Source of the DNA: Dehalococcoidia bacterium
GTDB lineage: Bacteria; Chloroflexota; Dehalococcoidia; Bin125
Assembly (NCBI GenBank): GCA_965237475.1
Contig: OZ250140.1
Coordinates: 2,597,877 to 2,661,876 of the forward strand
Direction: 5' to 3'
Length of the DNA: 64,000 nt
The position numbers and the translations under genes are program-made. Below the pieces are notes generated by a model. The model was not told the origin of the DNA. It did no database searches and worked only from the letters and a program-made list of their open reading frames with translations. Positions 1 through 9,496 of the stretch are shown in pieces; position 1 is the first letter of the stretch, and every line of letters begins with the position of its first letter.

Positions 1-344
1 AGCTCGAGGGCGGCGAGCCGAAGACCTCCTGGGAGATCATGGAGGCGATCTATGGCGACACGATCGACAAGCGCCTGCGTCGGGCTGCGGACGGGAACGT
101 GCAGGCGCACCTGAAGTCGATGGTGAAGTCGGGCGTGGTGCGCCAGTCGCGCGGTGTGCGCAGGACGCGGCGTGCGTCAACCGTCGAGCGCGAGCGCGGC
201 AAGCAGCGCGAGCGCGACGCGGTGATCCGCAAAGCGAAGCGGTTCGAGCGTGACAAGCAACGCCGCCAAATCGCCCGCCAGGAGTCCGCGCCGACAGAGG
301 TTTGGAGCCGGGCGCCGAGCTATCGGCTCAGATCAAAGAGCTAA
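1..344 (+). CDS. C-terminal fragment of a hypothetical protein; the ORF runs in from upstream of the window and has a Lys/Arg-rich tail
   Basis: Open frame from base 3 with no in-window start; translation ...LEGGEPKTSWEIMEAIYGD...; no recognisable family. Confidence 0.3.
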   Translation, partial: LEGGEPKTSWEIMEAIYGDTIDKRLRRAADGNVQAHLKSMVKSGVVRQSRGVRRTRRASTVERERGKQRERDAVIRKAKRFERDKQRRQIARQESAPTEVWSRAPSYRLRSKS

Positions 345-450
345 GCGCGCGCGCTCGGCGCTCGCGTCGTGGCGAGGGCGCGCTCGGGCGCGGAGCGGAC
401 CATCGCTTACCCTCCACTGCGACACCAGTGATTAGCGCAGGAGGTTCAGC

Positions 451-1542
451 GTGGACTATGGCATTGGCATTCCGTCATGGATCGATGCGTGGAAGGAAGT
501 GGTGGCGGCGGAGGAGGCGGGGTTCACGCATGCGTGGTTCTATGACTCGCAGCTGATCTACTCCGATGTCTGGGCGACGATGGCGCTGGCGGCGCATCAC
601 ACCTCGACGATCAAGCTGGGCACGCTGGTCGCGATTCCGAGCAACCGGATCGCGCCGGTCACCGCGGCGGCGGCGGCCTCGATCAACAAGCTGGCTCCGG
701 GCCGCGTGATTCTGGGCATCGGCACCGGCTACACCGGGCGCAACACGATGGGGCTGCCCGCGTACCCGATCCGCCGCTACCGCGAGTACGCCCAGCAGCT
801 GCGCGGACTGCTCGACGGTGAGGACATCCTCTACACCGACGACGTGACCGGGCGCGAGCGCTGGATCCGACTGATTCACGGGCATCGCTCCGAGTTCCTC
901 AATCTCGACGATCACATCCCTGTCTACATCGCCGCCAACGGCCCGCGCGCGCTCGGGGTGGTCGGCGAGGCGGGTGACGGCTGGGTCACGACCGGGATGG
1001 GCGGCAACGCGCAGGCTGGGTTCCCGGTGATCGCCGCGGCCGCGCAGGCGGCCGGGCGCAGCACCGAGAAGCCGTACACCGTGGGCCTCTCGTCGGGTCT
1101 CGTGCTGCGCGAGGGCGAGACGGTCAGCTCCGAACGCGTGCTCCAGCGCGTCGGCCCCGCGATGGTCCCGGGCGTGCACGCGATGTGGGAGGCGGCGCAC
1201 GGTCCGGGGGCCAGCCTGGGGATGAGCAATCCCGACCTCGCGGGCGAATACAACAACTACATCCGCGAATACTCGCGCGAGAAGGGGACGCCTGACGATC
1301 GCCTCTATCTCGACGTCCATGAGGGCCACATGGTCTACCTCAAGCCCGGCGAAGAGCGCTTCATCGACACCAACGTGATGTCGCGCACGCTGGTCGGGAG
1401 CGGCCCCGAGATCATCGGCAAACTCGAAGCGCTTGAGGCTGAGGGCGTCGACAACATCGCGCTCTGCGCCAACGACCCCGAAGGCGCGCGCGAGCTGATC
1501 GAAGATTTCGCGCGCGAAGTGATCAAGCCGATGAGCGGCTGA
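451..1542 (+). CDS. LLM-class (luciferase-like monooxygenase fold) F420/flavin-dependent oxidoreductase
   Basis: 363-aa ORF; N-terminal region (AAEEAGFTHAWFYDSQ ... SNRIAPVTAAAAASINKLAPGRVILGIGTGYTGRN) is typical of the LLM family; GTG start. Confidence 0.75.
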   Translation: MDYGIGIPSWIDAWKEVVAAEEAGFTHAWFYDSQLIYSDVWATMALAAHHTSTIKLGTLVAIPSNRIAPVTAAAAASINKLAPGRVILGIGTGYTGRNTMGLPAYPIRRYREYAQQLRGLLDGEDILYTDDVTGRERWIRLIHGHRSEFLNLDDHIPVYIAANGPRALGVVGEAGDGWVTTGMGGNAQAGFPVIAAAAQAAGRSTEKPYTVGLSSGLVLREGETVSSERVLQRVGPAMVPGVHAMWEAAHGPGASLGMSNPDLAGEYNNYIREYSREKGTPDDRLYLDVHEGHMVYLKPGEERFIDTNVMSRTLVGSGPEIIGKLEALEAEGVDNIALCANDPEGARELIEDFAREVIKPMSG

Positions 1543-1559
1543 AGCGAGCGGAGGACGAG

Positions 1560-2654
1560 ATGGATTACGGGCTCTGCGTCCCGACCTATATCGACATGTG
1601 GCGCGAGGTGGTCGCGGCTGAGGAGGCCGGCTTCACGCACGCCTGGTTCCCCGATTCGCAGCTGATCTGGTCGGACACCTACGCCGCGATGGCGCTGGCG
1701 GCCGAACGCACGTCGACGATCAAGCTGGGCACGCTGGTCTCGATCCCGAGCAACCGGATCGCGCCGGTGACGGCTTCGGCGATCGCGACGATCAACAAGC
1801 TGGCGCCGGGGCGCGTGATCCTGGCGCTGGGCACGGGCTACACGGGCCGTAACACGATGGGGCTGCCGTCCTACCCGGTGGCCAAGTTCCGCGAGTACTC
1901 GCAGCAGGTCAAGGGGCTGCTGGCGGGTGAGGACGTGCTGTTCAGCGACGATGTCACCGGCGCCGAGCGCTGGATCCGTCTGATCCATCCCAACCACGAG
2001 GACTTCATTAACATCACGGACCCGATCCCGCTCTATCTCGCCGCCAACGGGCCCAGGGCGATGGGGGTGGTGGGCGAGCTTGGCGACGGCTGGGTGACGG
2101 CGGGCGGCGGTCCGGCTGTCGCCGCGGGCTTCCCGATCATCGAGCAGGGCGCGGCCAGTGTCGGACGAGCCTACGAGAAGCCCTACACCGTCTCGCTTGA
2201 CGGCGCCTGCGTGCTGCGCGACGGCGAGACGATCAGCTCGCCGCGCGTGGTCCAGCGCGTCGGGCCCTGGGCGGTGGTCGCGGCGCATACGCTCTGGGAG
2301 ATGTCGCACGGGCGCTGGGGCTCGCACCTGCCGGCGAGCGACGCGGACACCGCGGGCCGCTACCACCAGTACATCAGCGAGTACGCCAAGGCGCGCGGGC
2401 GACCGACCGACCGCCTCTATCTCGATGTCCACGAGGGGCACTATTCGTACCTCAAGGAGGGCGAGGAGCAGTTCGTTGATCCCGACCGGGTCCGGCACGG
2501 GTATATCGGCAGCGGCCCGGAGATCATCGAGAAGGTCGAGGCGGCCGAGGCCCACGGCATCAACCACATCGCGCTGGCGGCGCACAGTCCCGCCGGCGCG
2601 CGCGAGCTGATCGCCGACTTCTCGCGCGAGGTGATTGCGAAGACCACGGCCTGA
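1560..2654 (+). CDS. LLM-class F420/flavin-dependent oxidoreductase, tandem paralog of the preceding gene
   Basis: 364-aa ORF, roughly 65% identical at protein level to 451..1542 with the same motifs; 18-bp spacing suggests an operon. Confidence 0.75.
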   Translation: MDYGLCVPTYIDMWREVVAAEEAGFTHAWFPDSQLIWSDTYAAMALAAERTSTIKLGTLVSIPSNRIAPVTASAIATINKLAPGRVILALGTGYTGRNTMGLPSYPVAKFREYSQQVKGLLAGEDVLFSDDVTGAERWIRLIHPNHEDFINITDPIPLYLAANGPRAMGVVGELGDGWVTAGGGPAVAAGFPIIEQGAASVGRAYEKPYTVSLDGACVLRDGETISSPRVVQRVGPWAVVAAHTLWEMSHGRWGSHLPASDADTAGRYHQYISEYAKARGRPTDRLYLDVHEGHYSYLKEGEEQFVDPDRVRHGYIGSGPEIIEKVEAAEAHGINHIALAAHSPAGARELIADFSREVIAKTTA

Positions 2655-2720
2655 CCCTCGCAGGGGAAGAACGTCTCCCAATCGACGACGAGTCCGGCGT
2701 CCGGGGAGCCGGAGGTCGAT

Positions 2721-3356
2721 TTGATGGAACCGCCGCTGACGTTTGACGGGCCGGAGTTCGGGGTGCGCGACCGGGTGCTCGTGCTCACGCACGGGGCGGG
2801 GTCTTCCTCCAGCCATCCGTCGCTGGCGGAGCTTGCGCGGCTGATTGGGGAGCGCGGGGTATCGGTGGCGCGGTTCGACTTTCCCTACATGCGCCGGGCC
2901 GCGCGGGCGGGCCGCCGGGCCTGGCCGCCCGACGACGAGGATGTTCTGACCAGCACCTGGATCGGGGCGATTCGGCAACTGCTGCCGCCGAAGCGGTTGG
3001 TGATCGGTGGCCGCTCGCTGGGCGGGCGGGTTGCTTCGATCGTGGCCGACGCCGCGGAGGTCGCGGGGCTGGTCTGCGTGAGCTATCCGTTTCATCCGCC
3101 GCGCCGCGCTGGGCCGGTACGCACGGCGCACCTGCGCAACATCGCGACGCCGACGCTGATCGTGCAGGGCGAGCGGGACCCGTACGGCTCGCGCGAGGAG
3201 GTGTCGGGCTACAATCTCTCGCCGAACATTCGGGTGCACTGGATCGCCGATGGCGACCACGGGCTGACGCCGCGCAAACGCTCGGGCGTGACCGAGCAGG
3301 GCAACCTGGTGAGCGCGGCGGACGCGATCGCGGAGTTTGTCGGGGGGCTGAGCTAG
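2721..3356 (+). CDS. Alpha/beta-hydrolase fold protein (KANL3/Tex30-like predicted hydrolase)
   Basis: 211 aa; nucleophile elbow GGRSLGG; C-terminal Asp/His (IADGDHG). Confidence 0.55.
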   Translation: MMEPPLTFDGPEFGVRDRVLVLTHGAGSSSSHPSLAELARLIGERGVSVARFDFPYMRRAARAGRRAWPPDDEDVLTSTWIGAIRQLLPPKRLVIGGRSLGGRVASIVADAAEVAGLVCVSYPFHPPRRAGPVRTAHLRNIATPTLIVQGERDPYGSREEVSGYNLSPNIRVHWIADGDHGLTPRKRSGVTEQGNLVSAADAIAEFVGGLS

Positions 3357-3357
3357 G

Positions 3358-3785
3358 CATCCTCTGAACAGGTCGGATGCCATCTCCCCCCGCGGAGCGG
3401 GGGGAGATGTCACGGAGTGACAGGGGGGGGGGCGAGCCCGCTCGCCCACATACAGCTGCGCAGGTGGGTCGGGACCGAAGCCCCCCTCTGCCCCCTGCCT
3501 GCGCAGGGGCAGGCTTCGGCATCTCCTCCCGCCGAGCGGGGGGAGAAGGGATTCGAGTTGTTCCGTGGATTCCGAGGAACGCTCCAAAGGACACCATCTC
3601 CCCCCGCTCTGCGGGGGGAGATGTCACGGAGTGACAGAGGGGGGCTGCCGCGCGTAATGCCGGCTGACCGCGACGCACTCCCCCTCTGCCTTCGGCATCT
3701 CCCCCTCGGGGGGCGATATTGGAAGGGGATTGGATCCCGCTGACCACTCGATGTGGTGAGGGGGTCCGACGTGTTCGGAGGATTC
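3358..3785. repeat. Cluster of palindromic REP/MITE-like elements (TCTCCCCCCGC-GAGC-GGGGGGAGA hairpins, GTCACGGAGTGACAG, a degenerate TCAATG-loop hairpin)
   Basis: The same modules recur at 5725-6655, 30275-30480, 42690-42866 and 58765-58990; each hairpin is an inverted repeat visible directly in the sequence. Confidence 0.8.
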
Positions 3786-4331
3786 CTACGTGCGCCAGAC
3801 GACGTGGTTGGGGGAGCGTTGGGCGGGGGGGATGCGGACGCCTTTGGGGGCGTAGCCGAGGTAGATATAGCCGACGATCCGGTCCTGCTGGCCGATGCCG
3901 AACCAGCGCTTGGCGGCGCTTGAGAGCGCGAGCGCGCCGGTGCTCCACTTGGCGGCGAGGCCGTGGGCGTGGGCGGCGAGCAGCAGATTTTGGGTCGCGC
4001 AGCAGCAGGCGGCGTAGTCCTCGAGGTCGCGCACCGGGTCGTCGGGCGAGGCGGTCTGAGTGACGGCGACGAACAGCGGGGCGCGCTTCAGCTTGCTGCG
4101 CGGGTCCTTCGCGGGGCTCGCGCCGGCTGCTTCGAGCTCGGCCCAGACGGCGTCGGCGAGGGCGTCGCGGGCGTCGCCCTGCACGACGTGGAAGCGCCAC
4201 GGCTCGGTGTGCTTGTGATTGGGCGCCCAGACCGCGCTGTCGATCAGCTCCTCGACCAGTCCGCGCGGGACCGGATCATCGCGAAACGCGCCGATCGTGC
4301 GACGCTCGCGGATTGCCTCAACGACATCCAT
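3786..4331 (-). CDS. Nitroreductase-family flavoprotein
   Basis: Starts MDVVEAIRERRTIGAFRDDPVP; ...AVWAPNHKHTEPWRFHVV...; the ORF-track start at 4499 was trimmed to the internal ATG at 4331. Confidence 0.65.
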   Translation of the reverse strand: MDVVEAIRERRTIGAFRDDPVPRGLVEELIDSAVWAPNHKHTEPWRFHVVQGDARDALADAVWAELEAAGASPAKDPRSKLKRAPLFVAVTQTASPDDPVRDLEDYAACCCATQNLLLAAHAHGLAAKWSTGALALSSAAKRWFGIGQQDRIVGYIYLGYAPKGVRIPPAQRSPNHVVWRT

Positions 4332-4389
4332 CACGCACCTCCGGGCGGCAGAACGGGTCTGCAGCCGGCCAAGCCATAGGATCACCGCC

Positions 4390-5679
4390 ATGTTACGCGC
4401 TGGCGCACGACAGACGTTCGCCGCTTTCGGCGTGCCGGCGTTCCGGTTGCACTGGGCGTGCACGGTCGCGGCGTTCATCTCGTTCATGATGTCGTTCACG
4501 GTTCAGAGCGTGATCACGTATGAGCTGACTGGTTCGAACGCGAGCGTGGCGTTCGTGGCGGCGGGCAGCGGCGTGGCATGGTTCTTCGTGGGGCCGATCG
4601 CCGGGGCGCTGGCGGATCGGCTGCCGAAGCGGCGGCTGCTGGTCATCGCTCAGACGCTGATCGCGATCAACTTCGGCGTGCTCGCGTTCCTGGTGTTGAG
4701 CGATGACATCAGTGTGGCGTGGCTGACCGCGAGTAGCTTTCTGCTGGGCAGCTGCTTTGCGTTCACGGGGCCGACCCGGCGGGCGTACGTGGCCGACCTG
4801 GTGCCGAGCCGCCTGGTCGGCAATGCGGTGGTGTTGCTGCAGTCGGCGCTGAACTTCCCGCAGATCGTTGGGCCGGCGATCGCCGCGGGGCTGATCAGCA
4901 TCGCCTTTGTCGGCGCGGGCGGCGCCTACGTCTTCATGTTCGCCGTGCTCGCGCTGACCATCCTCTCGCTCGGGCTGATGCCGCAGGGGCCGCCGCGCAA
5001 CGTCATGCGGCGCGGCGTCTACCGCGAGATCGTGCTCGGGCTGCGCTATGCGGCGTCGCATTCGCGGATTCGGCTGTTGCTGGGCTCGCTGCTGCTGATC
5101 TCGGTGGCGGGCGGGTCGTATCAGATTCTGCTGCCAGGGTTGCTGGTGAACGCGCTGGGGGTGGAATCGGTGCAGCTTGGGCTGCTGCAGGCGTTCGCGG
5201 GAATTGGCTCGTTCACGGTGGGCGTGGCGGTTGCGGGGGTGGTGGGGACGCGCTGGTCGGGGCGGGTGATGTACGTCATGGCGGTGGGGTTCGGGCTCGG
5301 GGTGCTGCTGCTGGGGATTACGCCGAGCGTCGTGGTCGCGTTTCCGATCATGTTTCTGCTGGGGGCGGGCTTTAGCGCGTTTCAGGCGATCAATACGGCG
5401 GAGGTGTTGATTCAGGCGGATCCCGAGTACCACGGACGGCTGACTTCACTCACGTTTGTGCCGTTCGGGGTGCAGAGCATGGCGGGGCTGGCGTTCGGCA
5501 ATCTGGCGGACGGGATCGGGGAGCGCTCGATGCTGGTGATCATGGGCATCTCCGCGATGGTGATCAGCGTGGTGTCGGTTGCGCTCTACGAGCGTATCCG
5601 GGCCCCCGCCCGCACCACCCTGGCGCTCGCTCCCGACGAGCCGGGGGTCGCTCCGCCACCGTCGTCGCGCGCAGAGTGA
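4390..5679 (+). CDS. MFS transporter
   Basis: About 12 predicted hydrophobic helices; GPIAGALADRLPKRR loop motif between TM2 and TM3; transcribed divergently from the nitroreductase. Confidence 0.65.
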   Translation: MLRAGARQTFAAFGVPAFRLHWACTVAAFISFMMSFTVQSVITYELTGSNASVAFVAAGSGVAWFFVGPIAGALADRLPKRRLLVIAQTLIAINFGVLAFLVLSDDISVAWLTASSFLLGSCFAFTGPTRRAYVADLVPSRLVGNAVVLLQSALNFPQIVGPAIAAGLISIAFVGAGGAYVFMFAVLALTILSLGLMPQGPPRNVMRRGVYREIVLGLRYAASHSRIRLLLGSLLLISVAGGSYQILLPGLLVNALGVESVQLGLLQAFAGIGSFTVGVAVAGVVGTRWSGRVMYVMAVGFGLGVLLLGITPSVVVAFPIMFLLGAGFSAFQAINTAEVLIQADPEYHGRLTSLTFVPFGVQSMAGLAFGNLADGIGERSMLVIMGISAMVISVVSVALYERIRAPARTTLALAPDEPGVAPPPSSRAE

Positions 5680-5724
5680 TGGGGGCGGCCGCGAGCATTT
5701 TGGTGCGAATTCACATCTGTTAGC

Positions 5725-6655
5725 ACGGATCAGGCCCCCCTCTGTCCCTACGGGACATCTCCCCCCGCGGAGCGGGGGGAGAGGGGATCCGACGTGCTCT
5801 GCCCTGCCCCGCGGGAGGAGAAGGGGAACCGGATTCCGCTGACCACTCAATGTGGTCAGCGGGGGGAGAGGGGATCCGACTTGTTCAGAGGATTCCTGGC
5901 AGAGGCTGTTGCAGAAACCCCATGTGCGTCATTCCCGCGCAGGCGGGAATCCATGCGACCACCCAAGATGTGCGAGCGGCTGCGTGGTGTTGACGGCCTT
6001 CCGGAAGGGCCGAGCCGCGATGGCGAGGATCCAGCGCCGTCGGCCGTTCGGGGCGCCAACGGGCATTGGTCGGCTCGCCTGGATTCCTGCCTGCGCAGGA
6101 ATGACGGAGGAGGGCGCAGGAATGACGGAGGAGGGCGCAGGAATGACGGAGGAGGGCGCAGGAATGACGGAGGAGGGCGCAGGAATGGCGGAGAAGGACG
6201 CACGGAATGACGCGAGAGGACGCACCGCACCACGGAGGAGGACTCACGGCGCCACTGAGGAGGACGCGCGGGGATGATGGGAGAGGGCGCGGGAGTGACG
6301 GAACACGGGGTTCTGAGACAGTCTCTGCACGGCGGGGGAGATGGCGAAGGTAGAGGGGGTCGGCCGCGACTCAGCGGCGTGGCTGTATCTGGTCGGACAG
6401 GATCAGGCCCCCCTCTGTCCCTACGGGACATCTCCCCCCGCGGAGCGGGGGGAGAGGGGATCCGACGTGCTCTGCCCTGTCCTGCGGGAGGAGAAGGGGA
6501 TCCGGATTCCGCTGACCACTCAATGTGGTCAGCGGGGGGAGAGGGGATCCGACCTGCTCTGCCCTGCCCCGCGGGAGGAGAAGGGGATCCGGATTCCGCT
6601 GACCACTCAATGTGGTCAGCGGGGGGAGAGGGGATCCGACTTCTTTGGCAGCCGG
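5725..6655. repeat. Large composite intergenic repeat region: an 88-bp minisatellite (1.7 copies at 5731-5880, 2.6 copies at 6404-6640) flanking REP family B (GTCATTCCCGCGCAGGCGGGAATCC) and a 21-bp tandem repeat
   Basis: CGGGGGGAGAGGGGATCCGAC recurs at 5771, 5859, 6442, 6532 and 6620 with 88-90 bp spacing, and the intervening sequence is nearly identical in every unit; the ORFs predicted here are spurious (they translate to ...SVIPAQAGIQ...). Confidence 0.8.
6104..6215. repeat. 21-bp tandem repeat GCAGGAATGACGGAGGAGGGC, about 5 copies (REP family B derived)
   Basis: Directly visible: gcaggaatgacggaggagggc x4, then diverged copies. Confidence 0.85.
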
Positions 6656-8608
6656 CTAGATGTAGCGGGCGAACCAGGTGGTGAGGCGGTCGTAGTACTC
6701 CTGGCGGAGGCTGGGGTGTGCGACGCGGAGCATCAGGTGGGAACCGCCGGGGAAGCGGACGAACTCGACGGGCTTGCCGCGGTCGCGGAGGGCGACGAAA
6801 TACTCCTCGCTCTGGGTGATGGGAACGCGATGGTCGGCGTCGCCGTGCAGCAGCAGGACCCGCGCCGTCACGTTCGCCGCGTAGCTGATCGGCGAACGTT
6901 CGCGGTACCACTCGCGGGCCTCGTCGGGGCGGCCGCTCCACTGATAGCGGCCCCACGACGCCCCGATGTCGGACGTGCCGTACATCGACTCCAGATTGAC
7001 CACGGGCGCGCCCACGACCGCGGCCTTGAAGCGGTCGGTGTGCCCGATCAGCCACGACGACATGTAACCGCCGTAGGAGTAGCCGTGTACGCCCAGGCGC
7101 TCGGCGTCGACGTAGGGGCGCGCGCAGACGTGGTCGAGCGCGGCGAGCAGGTCGAGCGAGTCCTCGCCGCCCCAATCGCCGATCACGGCGTGGGTGAAGT
7201 CGGAGCCAAACGTCGACGAGCCGCGCGGGTTGACGAACAGCACCAGGAAGCCGGCGCCGGCGATGATCTGGTGCAGCGCCGTGAAGCCCTCGCCAAACCA
7301 GCCGTGCGGGCCGCCGTGAATCTCGAGCACCAGCGGGTACCGCTGCGAGGCATCGAAGCCGGGCGGGAAGATCAGGCCGCAGGGAATCGGCACGCCCTCG
7401 CGCACGATCGTGAACCACTCGACCGCGCCGGGCTCGTGCGCTTCGAGGTAATCGGCGTTGACCGAGGTCAGGCATGTCGCCGCGGCGCCGGCGGTCTGCG
7501 TGACCAGCTCGCCCGGCTGGCCGGGGTTGGTCACGATCGCCGCGATGCGGGATCCGTCCGCCGAGATATCGACGCCGTTGATTAGCTCAGCCTCCGCGCG
7601 AATGACCTCCGCCTCGCCGTGGCCGTCGGGTGAGACGCGCCACACGCCGGAGCGCCCGCAGGCGTCGGCGGCGAAGCTGATGCCGGCCTCGCTCCAGCTA
7701 ATCGGCGGCGGCGAGGCGAGCGGGAAGAAGCCGCTCTGCGGGGTCAGGCCGCCGTCGGTGAGCCGCGTGCGGCGTCCCGAGTAGCGGTGGATGCGGGTGA
7801 GATAGGCCTGCTGGGGCTCGGCGACCTCGGTGATCGCGACCGCGAGCTCACGTCCGTCGGGCGACCACGCCGCCCGTCCGGCGGATTGGGCCCCGGGGGT
7901 GAGCCGCTCGATGACGCCGCCGCGGGCGGGCATCACGCAAAGTTCGCTGCCGAACGGGCGGCGGCGGTCGCGCTCCACCGAGCGGTCGGTGGCGAACGCG
8001 ATCCAGCGGCCGTCGGGCGAGATGACGGGGTGCGCGTTGTTGTAGGGACCGCTGGTGAGCTGAGTGGCGGCGCCGCTGCCCGCGTCGATGCTGAAGAGGT
8101 GATGCCAGGCGCCGACGCGATAGCCGAGCGTGTCGCCGCGGTAGTAGACCTCGCGCAGCACGGTGGTGCGCGGCGCGCCGTCGTCCTCGATGAGACGCTG
8201 GGGGTCGACGTCGACGACCGCGATCAGGCCGCGGCCGTCGGGCAGCCAGACGCAGGATTCCAGCTGATATGGCAGGTCGGTCAGTCGCTGGGCCTCGCCG
8301 CCGGTCGTCGGCAGGAGCCAGAGCTGGCGCGACGCGTCGGCGTCGGCTGCGCGCAGAAACGCGAGCTGCGAGCCATCGGGCGACCAGGCCGGCGAGCCGT
8401 CGCGCGGGCCGGCGGTCAGACGGCGGTCGTCGCCGCCGGCGAACGCGACGGCGCGGATGTGGGACTCGCTGCTCATCGTCTCGCGCGAAACCTGGGCGTG
8501 GACGTAGGCGACCGTTTCGCCGTCGGGCGAGAGGGCGGGGCTGCTCACGGATGGCAGGTCGAAGACGATCTCCGAGCCAATCGGCTCGCGCGCTGTCGGG
8601 CTGGTCAT
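6656..8608 (-). CDS. S9-family serine peptidase (acylaminoacyl-peptidase / prolyl-oligopeptidase type): N-terminal TolB-like beta-propeller plus C-terminal alpha/beta hydrolase
   Basis: Repeated SPDG... propeller motifs; catalytic GYSYGGYM; HGDADHRVP; start trimmed to the ATG at 8608, preceded by GGAG. Confidence 0.75.
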   Translation of the reverse strand: MTSPTAREPIGSEIVFDLPSVSSPALSPDGETVAYVHAQVSRETMSSESHIRAVAFAGGDDRRLTAGPRDGSPAWSPDGSQLAFLRAADADASRQLWLLPTTGGEAQRLTDLPYQLESCVWLPDGRGLIAVVDVDPQRLIEDDGAPRTTVLREVYYRGDTLGYRVGAWHHLFSIDAGSGAATQLTSGPYNNAHPVISPDGRWIAFATDRSVERDRRRPFGSELCVMPARGGVIERLTPGAQSAGRAAWSPDGRELAVAITEVAEPQQAYLTRIHRYSGRRTRLTDGGLTPQSGFFPLASPPPISWSEAGISFAADACGRSGVWRVSPDGHGEAEVIRAEAELINGVDISADGSRIAAIVTNPGQPGELVTQTAGAAATCLTSVNADYLEAHEPGAVEWFTIVREGVPIPCGLIFPPGFDASQRYPLVLEIHGGPHGWFGEGFTALHQIIAGAGFLVLFVNPRGSSTFGSDFTHAVIGDWGGEDSLDLLAALDHVCARPYVDAERLGVHGYSYGGYMSSWLIGHTDRFKAAVVGAPVVNLESMYGTSDIGASWGRYQWSGRPDEAREWYRERSPISYAANVTARVLLLHGDADHRVPITQSEEYFVALRDRGKPVEFVRFPGGSHLMLRVAHPSLRQEYYDRLTTWFARYI

Positions 8609-8711
8609 CGGGGGCTCCGATCGGGCTGGTTCTGGTGCGCGCAGGCTAGGCGTCGGCGGCGCTCGCGTATCTTGCGGCCAGTGAACCGACCAGCAAGGCG
8701 GAGGCGACGGG

Positions 8712-9473
8712 ATGTCCACAATCGAACGAGACGGCGTCGAAATCTTCTACGAGGCGCAGGGCGAGGGCCCGGCGATTCTGCTCAGCCACGGCTACGGCGC
8801 GACCGCCCAGATGTGGGCGGGGCAGCTGGCGCCGCTGTCCGAGCAGCACCGCGTGATCGCCTGGGACATGCGCGGGCACGGGCGGACTGCGAGCCCGGAG
8901 GACCCCGCCTGCTACAGCGAGGCGGAGACTGTCGCCGACATGGCGGCGATCCTCGACGCCGAGGGCGCGGACGACGCGATCATCGCCGGCCTATCGCTCG
9001 GCGGCTATATGTCGCTCGCCTTCAACCTCGTGCATCCCGAGCGGACGCGTGCGCTGATGCTGTTCGACACGGGCCCGGGCTACAACAACCCGCGCGGGCG
9101 TGAGGGCTGGAACGCGAACTTCGCCGTTCCCCGAGCCGAAGCGCTGGAGCAGCGCGGGCTCGACGCGCTGGGCGGGTCGGAGGAGGTGCAGGTGTCCACG
9201 CATCGTTCCGCCCTCGGCCTGGCCCACGCCGCGCGCGGGATGCTCGCGCAGTTCGACAACCGCGTGATCCAGTCGCTCGCGGGCATCGAGAAGCCGACGC
9301 TCGTCTTGGTCGGCGAGCACGATGAGCCGTTCCTCGGCTCGACCGATTACATCCACAACAAGGTCGTGGGCTCGAGCAAGGCGGTGATCGCCAACGCCGG
9401 TCATGCGGCCAACATCGACAACCCCGCGGACTTCAACCGGACGGTGCTCGATTTCCTCGCTACTCTCCCGTAG
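8712..9473 (+). CDS. Alpha/beta-fold hydrolase
   Basis: 253 aa; GLSLGGYMS nucleophile elbow; HGYGAT N-terminal motif; C-terminal His (NAGHAANIDNP). Confidence 0.65.
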   Translation: MSTIERDGVEIFYEAQGEGPAILLSHGYGATAQMWAGQLAPLSEQHRVIAWDMRGHGRTASPEDPACYSEAETVADMAAILDAEGADDAIIAGLSLGGYMSLAFNLVHPERTRALMLFDTGPGYNNPRGREGWNANFAVPRAEALEQRGLDALGGSEEVQVSTHRSALGLAHAARGMLAQFDNRVIQSLAGIEKPTLVLVGEHDEPFLGSTDYIHNKVVGSSKAVIANAGHAANIDNPADFNRTVLDFLATLP

Positions 9474-9496
9474 CACACAGACACAGGAGCGGTCAG

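Noticed and set aside
1335-3587. 750-aa minus-strand ORF (and many other long Arg/Pro-rich antisense ORFs, e.g. 2785..4200, 4393..5433, 5856..7475, 27702..29132, 46586..47629)
   Set aside because: These are antisense to well-supported genes with clear homology (LLM oxidoreductases, MFS transporter, peptidase). Long open antisense frames are expected at ~70% GC, and the proteins are low-complexity R/P/A-rich.
3358-3785. Possible CRISPR array or riboswitch in the 430-bp non-coding gap
   Set aside because: Irregular spacing (about 140, 75 and 100 bp) between hairpins; the units match dispersed REP-like elements found in five other gaps.
5794-6277. ORF-track proteins 5794..6210, 5852..6277, 5929..6225 and 6341..7585, which are repeat-rich
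   Set aside because: They lie entirely in the palindromic repeat complex or antisense to the S9 peptidase. Their translations are the characteristic REP artefacts (SVIPAQAGIQ, GAGMTEE repeats). Their codon usage is not gene-like.
5771-6640. Possible CRISPR array: a 21-bp repeat CGGGGGGAGAGGGGATCCGAC recurring with 88-90 bp periodicity
   Set aside because: The intervening 'spacers' are nearly identical to one another rather than unique, making this a tandem minisatellite. The repeat is itself partly palindromic and also occurs scattered in other orientations. No cas genes are nearby.
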